Assembly (NCBI GenBank): GCA_033762715.1
Contig: JANRLL010000016.1
Location: 26,029-90,028 of the forward strand
DNA: 64,000 nt
DNA from: Rickettsiales bacterium
GTDB lineage: Bacteria; Pseudomonadota; Alphaproteobacteria; Rickettsiales; SXRF01
Reading direction: 5' to 3'
Below the pieces are notes generated by a model, which worked only from the letters and a program-made list of their open reading frames with translations, made no database searches and was not told the origin of the DNA. Of the stretch, positions 8,901 to 17,159 are shown piece by piece; position 1 is the first letter of the stretch, and every line of letters begins with the position of its first letter. Made by a program: the position numbers and the translations under genes.

Positions 8901-10502
8901 GACTTGGCTAAAATTCTGGCGGAAGAAATGATGAAAGCCACGTTGCATATCGGAAAGCACCGCCATCGGTGTATCGTCACCCATCGAGCCGATGGCTTCC
9001 TTGCCTTCTTCAGCCATAGGATGGAGAATGCTTTCAATATCTTCATGGGTAAGGCCCGCGGCCAGCTGCAGGCGGCGCAGCGCATCATTGCTTAGTGCAG
9101 GTTGTTGAGGCGCAACATCGGGCATGATTTTGCTGAGCGGTACAATATTGTTCACCCATTTTTCATACGGCTGTTGCCCAGCGAGATAGTCTTTCAGCTC
9201 GCGGTCTTTGTAGAGCTTGCCCGTTTTGAGATGAATACCCAATATCTCGCCCGGCCCCAAACGCCCGCGCTCGATAATTTGCGAATCGGATATATTCACC
9301 ATCCCTGATTCCGAGCAAGCGACGATCATGCCGTCTTTGGTGATGCTGTAGCGCATCGGGCGCAAACCGTTGCGATCCATGCCGGCGATAATCCACTCAC
9401 CGTCCGTTGCGGCAATGGCAGCAGGTCCGTCCCATTGTTCGGAGACCGAGTTGAGACAGCTGAACATATCTTTATGCGCTTGCGGCATGTCGGAGGTTTG
9501 GCTCCAAGCCGGCGGCACCAGAATCAATTTGGTAAGCGGCAGCGGACGGCCTGCGCGCGTTAGGATTTCAACGACCGAATCAAGCGCGCCGGTATCGGAG
9601 GTATTGTCAGGGATCACCGGCACGATGTCTTCTTCATAACCCTTGAAGGCGTCGCAATGGAAGGTGGCCTCATGGCTGCGCATGAAATTCATATTGCCTT
9701 TGAGCGTATTGATCTCGCCATTGTGCGCGATCATGCGGAAGGGTTGTGCTAAATGCCAGGCGGGCGCGGTGTTGGTGGAGAAGCGCTGATGGAAAATCGC
9801 ATAGGCGGAAATGAAACGCTCATCAAGCAGATCCGGATAAAAAGCCGTCAGCTGCTCTGCTTTAAACAAGCCCTTATAGATGATGCTTCGGCAAGAAAGC
9901 GAGCAGACATAAAAATCATTGATAGCGCGGGCGCGTACCGCTTTTTCGATGCGCTTGCGGATGACATAGAGTTCGAGTTCGAAGCGCGCTTCGTCCATAT
10001 CGGGTTTGGCACCAATCAAGATTTGCTCGATCTCAGGACGCGAGTCACTTGCGATTTCACCGATGACATCGGCTTTCACCGGTACCTGGCGCCAGCCATA
10101 AATACGGTAGCCAAAATTGAGGATTTCACGCTCGATGATAGCGCGGCAGGTTTCTTGCGCGGCGAAATTTTTCTTGGGCAAAAACATCATGCCCACCGCT
10201 AAGCGTTCGCTAGTCAGCGTGCGGCCGGAACGTTCGATATGCTCTTTAAAAAAATCAAACGGGATTTGGATATTGATGCCCGCACCATCACCCGTCTTGC
10301 CATCGGCATCAACCGCACCACGGTGATATACGGCTTTGAGTGCAGCAATGCCTGCTTCTACGATGTCGCGGCGCGGTTTGCCATCAATGGCAGCCACCAA
10401 ACCCACACCGCACGCATCATGCTCGGTTGCAGGATCGTATAATCCGTCTGCGGCTAATTTAGCAGCACGCTGGTTCCATTCTGCATCCCATGAATAGACC
10501 AT
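5973..10502 (-). CDS. gltB: Glutamate synthase large subunit
   Basis: CGVG amidotransferase start, HQRFSTNT, IKVAQGAKPGEGGQLPG, CHSNTCPVG and GXGXG C-terminal domain. Confidence 0.98.
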   Translation of the reverse strand: MVYSWDAEWNQRAAKLAADGLYDPATEHDACGVGLVAAIDGKPRRDIVEAGIAALKAVYHRGAVDADGKTGDGAGINIQIPFDFFKEHIERSGRTLTSERLAVGMMFLPKKNFAAQETCRAIIEREILNFGYRIYGWRQVPVKADVIGEIASDSRPEIEQILIGAKPDMDEARFELELYVIRKRIEKAVRARAINDFYVCSLSCRSIIYKGLFKAEQLTAFYPDLLDERFISAYAIFHQRFSTNTAPAWHLAQPFRMIAHNGEINTLKGNMNFMRSHEATFHCDAFKGYEEDIVPVIPDNTSDTGALDSVVEILTRAGRPLPLTKLILVPPAWSQTSDMPQAHKDMFSCLNSVSEQWDGPAAIAATDGEWIIAGMDRNGLRPMRYSITKDGMIVACSESGMVNISDSQIIERGRLGPGEILGIHLKTGKLYKDRELKDYLAGQQPYEKWVNNIVPLSKIMPDVAPQQPALSNDALRRLQLAAGLTHEDIESILHPMAEEGKEAIGSMGDDTPMAVLSDMQRGFHHFFRQNFSQVTNPPIDSLRERRVMSLLTRFGNDGNYLALDHTHSHILLAETPVLLSQEMDVIKRHYSERIGEIDTLFDVGSDDLRGAIERIVQQAEAYLKAGKNYLVLTDEKMDEQHAAIPMILAASAVHSHLVKNKLRKKASILVRTAQCIEVHSCAVLIGVGATVVNPYLAEQTLSDRHKRGLFGPKKLPEVLANYREAMGQGLLKIMSKMGISIISAYRGGLNFEAIGLSRALVAEFFPGLPSRISGIGLSGIEKRARAVHEKAFAGGSVETLPVGGFYRARVGGEQHAWEGTLVHLLQSAVNKGSYQLFKQYSDGVRALPPIHIRDLLDFRSPHQPVPIEQVESITEIRKRFVAPAMSLGALSPEAHETLAIAMNRIGATSNSGEGGEGPERYKPKANGDNANSTIKQIASARFGVTAEYLNSASELQIKVAQGAKPGEGGQLPGFKVTLEIARLRHATPGVMLISPPPHHDIYSIEDLAQLIYDLKQINPFAMVSVKLVAQSGIGTIASGVAKAMADKIVIAGHSGGTGASPWSSVKHAGIPWEMGLAEANQVLTLNRMRHRVKLQTDGGLKIGRDIVIAAMLGAEEYALGTAALVAMGCILVRQCHSNTCPVGLTTQDPELRAKFEGSVDKVVNLLSFVAEEVREILASLGFKTLNEVIGRSDLLAQVSRGSEDLVDLDLNSLLAQADAGSQARYFTLSGRNEVPDTLDAQMLKDARGALERGEKIQLAYTVKNTLRAVGTRLSSMMTRRFDTATLQPDHILLRLRGSAGQSLGAFAVRGLKIELFGDANDYVGKGLSGGTIIVRPRPSSQLIPHDNTIIGNTVLYGATAGKLFASGQAGERFAVRNSGATAVVEGCGSNGCEYMTGGFAVILGEVGHNFAAGMTGGMAFIYDVNNNFEARVNADTVVYQRIESEHWQNVLKNLLAEHYAETGSMRAENILAGFEWELPKFWQICPKEMVSRLEQPLSQSQKSSSGAVA

Positions 10503-10505
10503 CGC

Positions 10506-11072
10506 TTAATATCCTCCGTTATGGGTGACGCAGTTAGCCGAAGCGTTGAGCGCAATATCTGGCAGGAAGACCAGCGCATAGGCCGTATTCTGGTCTTTCC
10601 AATATTTCTTAAGCATGGTGATGCGGCTACGATCAGCATCCAGGCAGGCATCGGTTTGACTGTTGCCTGCATCCATCTCGCTATAGACGCAATCAATTTT
10701 ATAACTCAGCACTTGCTTCGCATCTTTAGGCAAGCGTGTGTATAAATCGCAAGCGGCTTTACGTTGCTGCAACAGGCAGGTTTTAGCCGCCGCCGTCACC
10801 GCAACAGGGGCATAATCCGTGCTGCAATAGCTATCCATAAAACGGCCCGCAACACTCACGGGTAGGTTGGTTGCAACACCGACTGCGCCTGGCAAGCCAT
10901 CGGTATAGCCTTCCGGCATTTTGCCCCCCAGGTAATTCGGTGTGGAGCCGTTGATAGTGGCGCTGGGTTGGCGCAAGCTTTCTTGTTCGGACATAGACAT
11001 ATCGCGCATACGCGCCTCGGCGGCTGCGGCATAGGATAAAGAAATGATCACAAGCAATGCGGTGGTTTTCAT
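10506..11072 (-). CDS. Hypothetical secreted protein with six Cys
   Basis: Signal peptide MKTTALLVIISLSYAAAAEA. ATGA overlap with the gltD stop supports the start at 11072. Confidence 0.65.
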   Translation of the reverse strand: MKTTALLVIISLSYAAAAEARMRDMSMSEQESLRQPSATINGSTPNYLGGKMPEGYTDGLPGAVGVATNLPVSVAGRFMDSYCSTDYAPVAVTAAAKTCLLQQRKAACDLYTRLPKDAKQVLSYKIDCVYSEMDAGNSQTDACLDADRSRITMLKKYWKDQNTAYALVFLPDIALNASANCVTHNGGY

Positions 11073-12493
11073 GCGGCCTGGCTCCTTGCTTGAGACATGA
11101 TGTATTGATGCATAGCTTCGGCCGCGTCGCGCCCATCGCGAATCGCCCATACGACCAGCGATGCGCCGCGCACAATGTCACCGGCTGCGAAAACACCAGG
11201 CAGTGACGTCATCAGCGTTTTGCGATGCACATCCAAGGTGCCATGTTGGGTGACAGCCAAATCTTTTTGGCCGAACATGCTAGCAACATCTTCAGGATCA
11301 AAGCCAAGTGCTTTAATCACGATGTCTGCTTTCATGGTGAAGGTTTCGCCCTCTACCGGCACGGCAGATTGGCGGCCGCTTACATCATGTGTAAGCAGGC
11401 GCATGCGCTGCACCAGGATTTGTTTTACTTTTTTATCGCCGATAAAGGCTTTAGGGGCAGCTAGCCACATAAACTCCACGCCTTCTTCTTCAGCGTTTTT
11501 TACCTCACGTTTGCTGCCTGGCATATTGGTGCGATCGCGGCGGTACAAGCAGGTGACTTTGCTAGCGCCTTGGCGAATGGCGGTGCGTACGCAATCCATC
11601 GCGGTGTCACCACCACCAATCACCACCACGTCTTTGCCTTCGACATCAAGCAAGCCGTTTTCAAATGCAGATGGCGCATCGCCCAGACCTTTGCGGTTGC
11701 TGGCGGTAAGGTAAGGAAGGGCGGGGATGATATTCTCCAAACTCCAATCGGGCGCATCGATCTCACGCGCTTTATACACGCCGGTTGCAATCAAAATCGC
11801 CTGATGTTTTTGGCGCAGCTCATCGAAGGTGATGTCTTTACCGATGTCGCAATTGAGATGAAACTGAATGCCGCCATCGCTGAGCAATTGGTGCCGGCGC
11901 GTGACCACATGTTTTTCCAATTTGAAATTCGGAATGCCATAAATCATCAGGCCGCCGGAGCGATCATAACGGTCATATATATGCACGCTGTGGCCATGTC
12001 GGCGCAGCATGTCGGCGGCGGCCAAGCCCGCAGGGCCGGCGCCAATAATGCCGATGGAAAAACCGGTTTCTTGCGCAACGCTAATGGGCTTGACCCAGCC
12101 ATTCATAAACGCGGTTTCGGTGATGTATTTTTCCACCGAGCCGATGGTAACCGAACCGAAGCCCTTTTCGATTACACAATTGCCTTCGCACAGACGGTCC
12201 TGCGGGCAAATGCGTCCGCAAATTTCAGGGAAGGTATTGGTAGCCGATGAAATAGCGTACGCTTCTTCGAGGCGGCCTTCGGCGGTGAGCTTTAGCCAAT
12301 CGGGAATGTTATTGGAAAGCGGGCAATGAATCTGGCAAAACGGGATGCCGCATTGCGAGCAGCGTGACGCTTGTTCACTCGCTTTATCCAGATCGAATTG
12401 GCTATAGATTTCTTCAAAATCCTGCCGCCGCTCCTCGGGTGCTGCTACTTCAGGATAGTCTTGGCCAATATGCGTGAACCCAAGCATCTTCAT
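11069..12493 (-). CDS. gltD: Glutamate synthase small subunit
   Basis: CSQCGIPFCQIHCP, GRICPQDRLCEGNC, GAGPAG and GGGDTAMDC motifs. Confidence 0.97.
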   Translation of the reverse strand: MKMLGFTHIGQDYPEVAAPEERRQDFEEIYSQFDLDKASEQASRCSQCGIPFCQIHCPLSNNIPDWLKLTAEGRLEEAYAISSATNTFPEICGRICPQDRLCEGNCVIEKGFGSVTIGSVEKYITETAFMNGWVKPISVAQETGFSIGIIGAGPAGLAAADMLRRHGHSVHIYDRYDRSGGLMIYGIPNFKLEKHVVTRRHQLLSDGGIQFHLNCDIGKDITFDELRQKHQAILIATGVYKAREIDAPDWSLENIIPALPYLTASNRKGLGDAPSAFENGLLDVEGKDVVVIGGGDTAMDCVRTAIRQGASKVTCLYRRDRTNMPGSKREVKNAEEEGVEFMWLAAPKAFIGDKKVKQILVQRMRLLTHDVSGRQSAVPVEGETFTMKADIVIKALGFDPEDVASMFGQKDLAVTQHGTLDVHRKTLMTSLPGVFAAGDIVRGASLVVWAIRDGRDAAEAMHQYIMSQARSQAA

Positions 12494-13425
12494 GCGGCTT
12501 TGGCCTTTTTGTTAAAGCGGGCTAAATAATCCGGCACTACAATATCCAATGCCGTTGGGTGAAGGTTTAAATGGGCGAAGGTCTGCGCGCCGACGGTCAC
12601 CACATTATCATGCTTGAGCATGGTCACTTGATCGCGCGTCAGCGGTGGCTTCGGCAACAATTCACCCATCGTGCCAATCATCGTGGCGATAGGAAAAGGA
12701 ATGTTCATCAGCGAGCGCGAACGGCCAATGGTGGTTAGAATATATTGCAGGATTTCTTTGAAGCTATAAACATGCGGGCCGCCGAGCTCATAAGTCTGGC
12801 CGGCCGTATCTGCGCGCTGCAAACACAGCTCGATGGCTTTGGCCACATCGCCCACATAAACCGGCTGAAAACGCGTTTTGCCACCGCCAATTAGTGGCAG
12901 GGCCGGTGACAGGCTAGCCATTGCGGCGAAATGATTGAAGAAATGATCGTCTGGACCAAAAATAATGCTCGGACGCAAAATAGTGACTTCGGGAAAGGCA
13001 GCGAGCACTGCTTTTTCGGCGATGGCTTTGGTATGCGCATAGCGGCCGGTTGCTTTGTCGACACCGAGTGCTGATATTTGGATAAAGCGTGACACACCGG
13101 CAGCTTTGGCGGCTTGCGCCAGTTTTTCGCTGCCTTGAGCATGGATTTTAGGGAAGGTCTGGTTGCCGGATTCATATAAAATGCCCACCAGATTTACCAC
13201 TGCAAATGCGCCCTGGAGGCTAGCTGCATAGGATTCCGGTTGGTTGATATTGCCGCTGGTGAGCGAAATCTGGCCCACATCACCGGCGGTTTTTAACTCT
13301 TTAGCCAGCTCAGGACGGCGCGCAACCACTCGGATTCGGTAGCCTTGCGCGCCTAAATGGCGCACGACACAGCGGCCGACAAAGCCGGTTCCGCCTATTA
13401 CCGTTACAATTCTTGGTTCTCGCAT
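12490..13425 (-). CDS. Complex I NDUFA9-like NAD-dependent epimerase/dehydratase
   Basis: GGTGFVG Rossmann motif, VVNLVGIL, ILRPSIIFGPDD and FQPVYVGDVA. ATGA overlap with gltD. Confidence 0.9.
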   Translation of the reverse strand: MREPRIVTVIGGTGFVGRCVVRHLGAQGYRIRVVARRPELAKELKTAGDVGQISLTSGNINQPESYAASLQGAFAVVNLVGILYESGNQTFPKIHAQGSEKLAQAAKAAGVSRFIQISALGVDKATGRYAHTKAIAEKAVLAAFPEVTILRPSIIFGPDDHFFNHFAAMASLSPALPLIGGGKTRFQPVYVGDVAKAIELCLQRADTAGQTYELGGPHVYSFKEILQYILTTIGRSRSLMNIPFPIATMIGTMGELLPKPPLTRDQVTMLKHDNVVTVGAQTFAHLNLHPTALDIVVPDYLARFNKKAKAA

Positions 13426-13524
13426 GCACTACTCCTGATGGCGGCTATATTCAATCCCAGCCGACGATTAAGACATAATTCATCAAAAACTCAATAGTTT
13501 TGAGCACCCATCTGCGGGTTGCGA

Positions 13525-13552
13525 TTGACAGGGCCGGTAAAGCGGTTATAAA
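13525..13552 (+). promoter_or_regulatory. Sigma70-type promoter of tRNA-Leu
   Basis: TTGACA-N16-TATAAA, ending 18 bp before the tRNA. Confidence 0.7.
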
Positions 13553-13570
13553 ACGCTACGCTTTTTATGG

Positions 13571-13657
13571 GCCCAGGTGGCGGAATTGGTAGACGCACTA
13601 GCTTCAGGTGCTAGCGCTCGCAAGAGCATGGGAGTTCGAGTCTCTTCCTGGGCACCA
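13571..13657 (+). tRNA. tRNA-Leu (anticodon CAG), CCA encoded
   Basis: Acceptor GCCCAGG/CCTGGGC, D-loop GGAATTGGTAGAC, anticodon arm CTAGC-TTCAGGT-GCTAG, long variable arm GCTCGCAAGAGC, T-loop GTTCGAG. Confidence 0.97.
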
Positions 13658-13770
13658 TTTTCTTCAAGTATTGAGAAAACCACACAAACCTATCCGCAAG
13701 TCGGCTAAATCGTCTGCATCCGTGTCAAAGGTTGCTTGACCTTGGCCAGTTTTCCATTACTTATGATCTG

Positions 13771-13955
13771 GATAGTTCCTGTATAGGATTAATAGGGAAT
13801 CCGGTGATGCGGCTTGAGCAAATCCGGAGCTGCCCCCGCAACTGTAAGCGGCGAGCCAATGTTATGCTATGTCACTGAGTAGCTCTTATTCACTATAGGG
13901 CTTTCTTGGGAAGACAACCAAAGGCTACGACCCGCAAGTCAGGAGACCTGCTATC
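13771..13955 (+). ncRNA. Cobalamin (AdoCbl-class) riboswitch
   Basis: AGGGAATCCGGTG...AAATCCGGAGCTGCCCCCGCAACTGTAA, GTCACTG, GGGAAG and B12-box GCAAGTCAGGAGACCTGC. Closing helix GATAG/CTATC. Confidence 0.93.
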
Positions 13956-14100
13956 ATCGTGTCACGCATACAAAGGAGACGGGTGGTTTCTCTGGAGTAT
14001 CAGGTTTTAGAATCTATCGATTCTGACTGCTCTTACGAATATGCGGTGACACGCTCGGTGCCTTGGCACTGAAGTAATGTCAACGCTTTGGAGTAAGCAT

Positions 14101-14718
14101 ATGAGTGAAAACATGCCTGCCTGCCGCCGAGAAGAGGTGGCGCTTTGTCAGCCCGATAGAACCGTTCTAGTAGAACAGCAACTCCAGCAGTCACCTGTTG
14201 ATCCAAAACAGACAGAGGCATCTGAAAAGCAAACCATGTCTGAGAAGCAGTTTATGTGGGATCACTCCTTATATTCTGCTATATCGTCTTGGCTATTTGC
14301 CATTGCTGGTGCGACCAATATTGGTGTGCTGGGTGTGCTTTCGTCGAAAGTATTGTCAGCGGCGGAGCAGGGTAAACCGATTTTTAAATCCAATGATCCT
14401 GCTGTTATTCCCGTATTCGGTAACAAGAAATTTAATCGTATCGCGTTGGCAATGACTGCGTTTGGCGGCGTGTGTATGGCTATCTCCAATTGGTTGGAAA
14501 GCAAAAAAGTAGTGACGGAGTGGCAGCTGGGCGCTGGTAAATTGCAAAGAAAAGTAAACGGTGCTGAAAGAGAACAGGTGAATACAGCGCCTGCAGGTGA
14601 CTCGAATGCATCTGCCGATATGCCTGCGGCACCTTCAAAAGCGAAAAGCTGGGTGGATGCAGTAGAGACAAAAATTCCTAATATTGAAGGCTTTAATAGC
14701 CATTTTCGTCCTGGCTAA
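14101..14718 (+). CDS. Hypothetical protein with two predicted TM segments
   Basis: ORF 14077-14718. GGAG SD before ATG 14101. Hydrophobic segments SLYSAISSWLFAIAGATNIGVLGVL and IALAMTAFGGVCMAISNW. Confidence 0.65.
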   Translation: MSENMPACRREEVALCQPDRTVLVEQQLQQSPVDPKQTEASEKQTMSEKQFMWDHSLYSAISSWLFAIAGATNIGVLGVLSSKVLSAAEQGKPIFKSNDPAVIPVFGNKKFNRIALAMTAFGGVCMAISNWLESKKVVTEWQLGAGKLQRKVNGAEREQVNTAPAGDSNASADMPAAPSKAKSWVDAVETKIPNIEGFNSHFRPG

Positions 14719-14816
14719 TCCAGCTTCCACTCACGACTAGCCCAATACATTAAGCCGCTTTAAACCGATGTCGTCCCATTGCAGCGAATCAACAACGTCG
14801 TGATGGGCTCTTCTTA

Positions 14817-15425
14817 TTAGTATAGTTTAGGCGGTGCGATAATGGTGATGTCACCAGTAGGTTGGATCACGATATCGACCTTATCGCCGACATGATCACG
14901 AATATAATCAATCAGCACACCGGTTTTATTCATGCCGGTAGACTCAATGGCGTAGCGCACTTCGCCTTCGCCCTGAAAACCAAAACTATAACGGCTTTGC
15001 GACAGAGGCGAGATATTATCGATCGTATAGGGGTTGCCCTCGGGATCGGTGATGATGATTTTATTGATGGCGCGGTCGGTATTATTGACCACGGTGACGC
15101 TGTGGCGCGTATAGGACTCAACATCAAGATAGCTCGCATAGGTTGTCATGCCGATGGCCATGGGAATATTAAGCGATAACAGCACAAACAAACCGATGGT
15201 TTTGCGAAGATAGGGCATGCCGGTTTTGCGCGCCTTGATCGTAGCCGGTATTAAGGCGAGCATACCCACCATATATAATAGGCTGCCCATCAGCATGGCG
15301 ATGACACCCAGCAACAGTAGCCAAAAGGCTTTGCTTGCAATCCAGGCAATAAAAATCACCAGTCCTGTGATGAGTGGAAACAGGGCGCAGTGTAATGAAA
15401 TGCGGTGCCAATTATTCATGCACAT
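14817..15425 (-). CDS. Hypothetical membrane protein (about 3 TM plus C-terminal beta-rich domain)
   Basis: 202-aa ORF with three hydrophobic helices followed by an Ig-like-looking stretch. Confidence 0.65.
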   Translation of the reverse strand: MCMNNWHRISLHCALFPLITGLVIFIAWIASKAFWLLLLGVIAMLMGSLLYMVGMLALIPATIKARKTGMPYLRKTIGLFVLLSLNIPMAIGMTTYASYLDVESYTRHSVTVVNNTDRAINKIIITDPEGNPYTIDNISPLSQSRYSFGFQGEGEVRYAIESTGMNKTGVLIDYIRDHVGDKVDIVIQPTGDITIIAPPKLY

Positions 15426-15484
15426 ACTTATACAGCTTGTATATTGAGGCGCAATGCCATTTGAAATAATTACATAAAAAGGCT

Positions 15485-15500
15485 TTAACCGCTGTTTAAC
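15485..15500. promoter_or_regulatory. CtrA-like binding site (perfect consensus)
   Basis: TTAA-CCGCTGT-TTAAC in the divergent intergenic region before rnd. Confidence 0.6.
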
Positions 15501-15580
15501 TTACTCAAGTTTAATTTGACAAAGCGCCGTCAACCCACCAGTTTAATGCCGCGTGAACCGATAAGCTGAGGAGAAGGCAT

Positions 15581-16195
15581 ATTAGCAGCTATTTACATAA
15601 AAATGATTTGCCCGCAGGTCTGACATTTTCGGGTGACATTGCCGTCGATACCGAAGCAATGGGCTTGAATAATAAACGCGACCGCTTGTGCCTGGTGCAG
15701 CTCTCGGATGGGCAGGGCGATGTGCATCTGGTGCAATTCGAGCAGGGTAACTATAAGGCGCCTAATTTGATTGCGCTGCTGACCGATCCTAAGCGTACCA
15801 AACTGTTTCACTTCGCACGCTTTGATTTGTCGATCATGCGCCATTATCTGGGCATACGTATCGCGCCGGTTTATTGCACGCGCACGGCATCGCGTTTGGT
15901 GCGTACCTATACCGACAAACATGGTTATAAAGATATTTGCCGGGAGCTGCTGGGCATCGATGTGTCGAAGCAACAGCAATCATCCGATTGGGGCGCAACT
16001 ACCTTAACCACCGAGCAGCTGGATTATGCCGCGGCCGATGTATTGTATTTGCATAAACTGAAGAAAAAACTCGACGAGATGATCGAACGTGAAGGCCGCA
16101 AAGAGCTGCTGGATGCGTGTCATCATTTTTTGCCTTACCGTGCCGAGTTGGATTTAGCAGGCTTTGAAGATGACGATATCTTCGCCCATTCATAA
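15581..16195 (+). CDS. rnd: Ribonuclease D (short alphaproteobacterial type), probable ATT start
   Basis: DEDDy motifs AVDTE, FHFARFD and YAAADV. Homologous N-terminus (xxxYLHKNDLP) extends 5' of the TTG at 15608 to ATT 15581, with GAGGAG 7 nt upstream. Confidence 0.9.
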   Translation: MSSYLHKNDLPAGLTFSGDIAVDTEAMGLNNKRDRLCLVQLSDGQGDVHLVQFEQGNYKAPNLIALLTDPKRTKLFHFARFDLSIMRHYLGIRIAPVYCTRTASRLVRTYTDKHGYKDICRELLGIDVSKQQQSSDWGATTLTTEQLDYAAADVLYLHKLKKKLDEMIEREGRKELLDACHHFLPYRAELDLAGFEDDDIFAHS

Positions 16196-16205
16196 ACGAG
16201 TTCCT

Positions 16206-17159
16206 ATGAGCCCCACCGATATTGAGCATGGTAAGGCAGTTTTGCAGCAGGCGATCAAAGGCCTGTCGGCACTTTCCGAAGCGCTTAACGGCGATTTTTC
16301 GCGCGCGGTGGATTGCTTGGCTTCGATTTCGGGCCGTGTGATTGTCACCGGCATGGGCAAGTCGGGTCATGTGGCACGCAAAATTGCAGCGACTATGGCA
16401 TCAACCGGCACACCGGCGCATTTCGTACATCCTGGTGAAGCAAGCCACGGCGATTTGGGGATGATTACACCGGCTGATGCGGTGGTGGCGTTATCTAATT
16501 CAGGTGAGACGGCCGAGCTTGCTGACATCATCGCTTATTGCAAACGTTTTTCGATTCCGCTGATTGGCATTGCGCGCCGTCAAGGTTCGATGTTGGTGGA
16601 AGCCGCCGATATTGCCTTGGTGCTGCCTGACACGCCCGAGGCATCGCCTACCAATGCGCCTACCACTTCGACCACTATGATGATTGCGCTCGGCGATGCG
16701 CTGGCCGTGGCGCTGTTGGAACGTCGCGGTTTTACGCCCGAACATTTTTCCGTTTTCCACCCGGGCGGCAAATTGGGCCAAGCCTTTATTCGCGTGACTG
16801 AGCTTATGCATTCGGGCGATCAGCTGCCGTTGGTAACGGATGCCACGCAGATGCAAGATGTGTTGCTGACGATCACCGCGAAAAGTTTTGGCTGCGCGGG
16901 TGTGATCAATAAACAAGGCAAATTAATCGGCGTGATTACCGATGGTGATTTGCGCCGTCACATGCATCCGGATCTGCTGAAGAGAAGTGCCACCGAAATC
17001 ATGACTAAAAATCCGGTGACGATTCGTGCGCAAGCTTTGGCGGTGGAAGCGACTAAGGTGATGAATGACCGCTCGATCACTAGCCTCTTTGTGGTGCAAG
17101 ACGATAAGCCAGTGGGCATTATTCACGTACATGATTGTTTACGCGCCGGTATCGTATGA
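16206..17159 (+). CDS. kdsD: KpsF/GutQ arabinose-5-phosphate isomerase
   Basis: SIS motifs GMGKSGHV and HPGEASHGDLG, two CBS domains. Start adjusted to MSPTD. Confidence 0.93.
   Translation: MSPTDIEHGKAVLQQAIKGLSALSEALNGDFSRAVDCLASISGRVIVTGMGKSGHVARKIAATMASTGTPAHFVHPGEASHGDLGMITPADAVVALSNSGETAELADIIAYCKRFSIPLIGIARRQGSMLVEAADIALVLPDTPEASPTNAPTTSTTMMIALGDALAVALLERRGFTPEHFSVFHPGGKLGQAFIRVTELMHSGDQLPLVTDATQMQDVLLTITAKSFGCAGVINKQGKLIGVITDGDLRRHMHPDLLKRSATEIMTKNPVTIRAQALAVEATKVMNDRSITSLFVVQDDKPVGIIHVHDCLRAGIV

Noticed and set aside
14731-14810. Complementary blocks TCACGAC/GTCGTGA and AGCCCA/TGGGCT between convergent orphans
   Set aside because: The order is not nested and the loop lengths do not suit a hairpin or H-type pseudoknot. 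No U-tract is present.
13640-15600. attL/attR duplication of the tRNA-Leu 3' end
   Set aside because: No second copy of the tRNA 3' sequence and no integrase were seen, so no mobile element is called.
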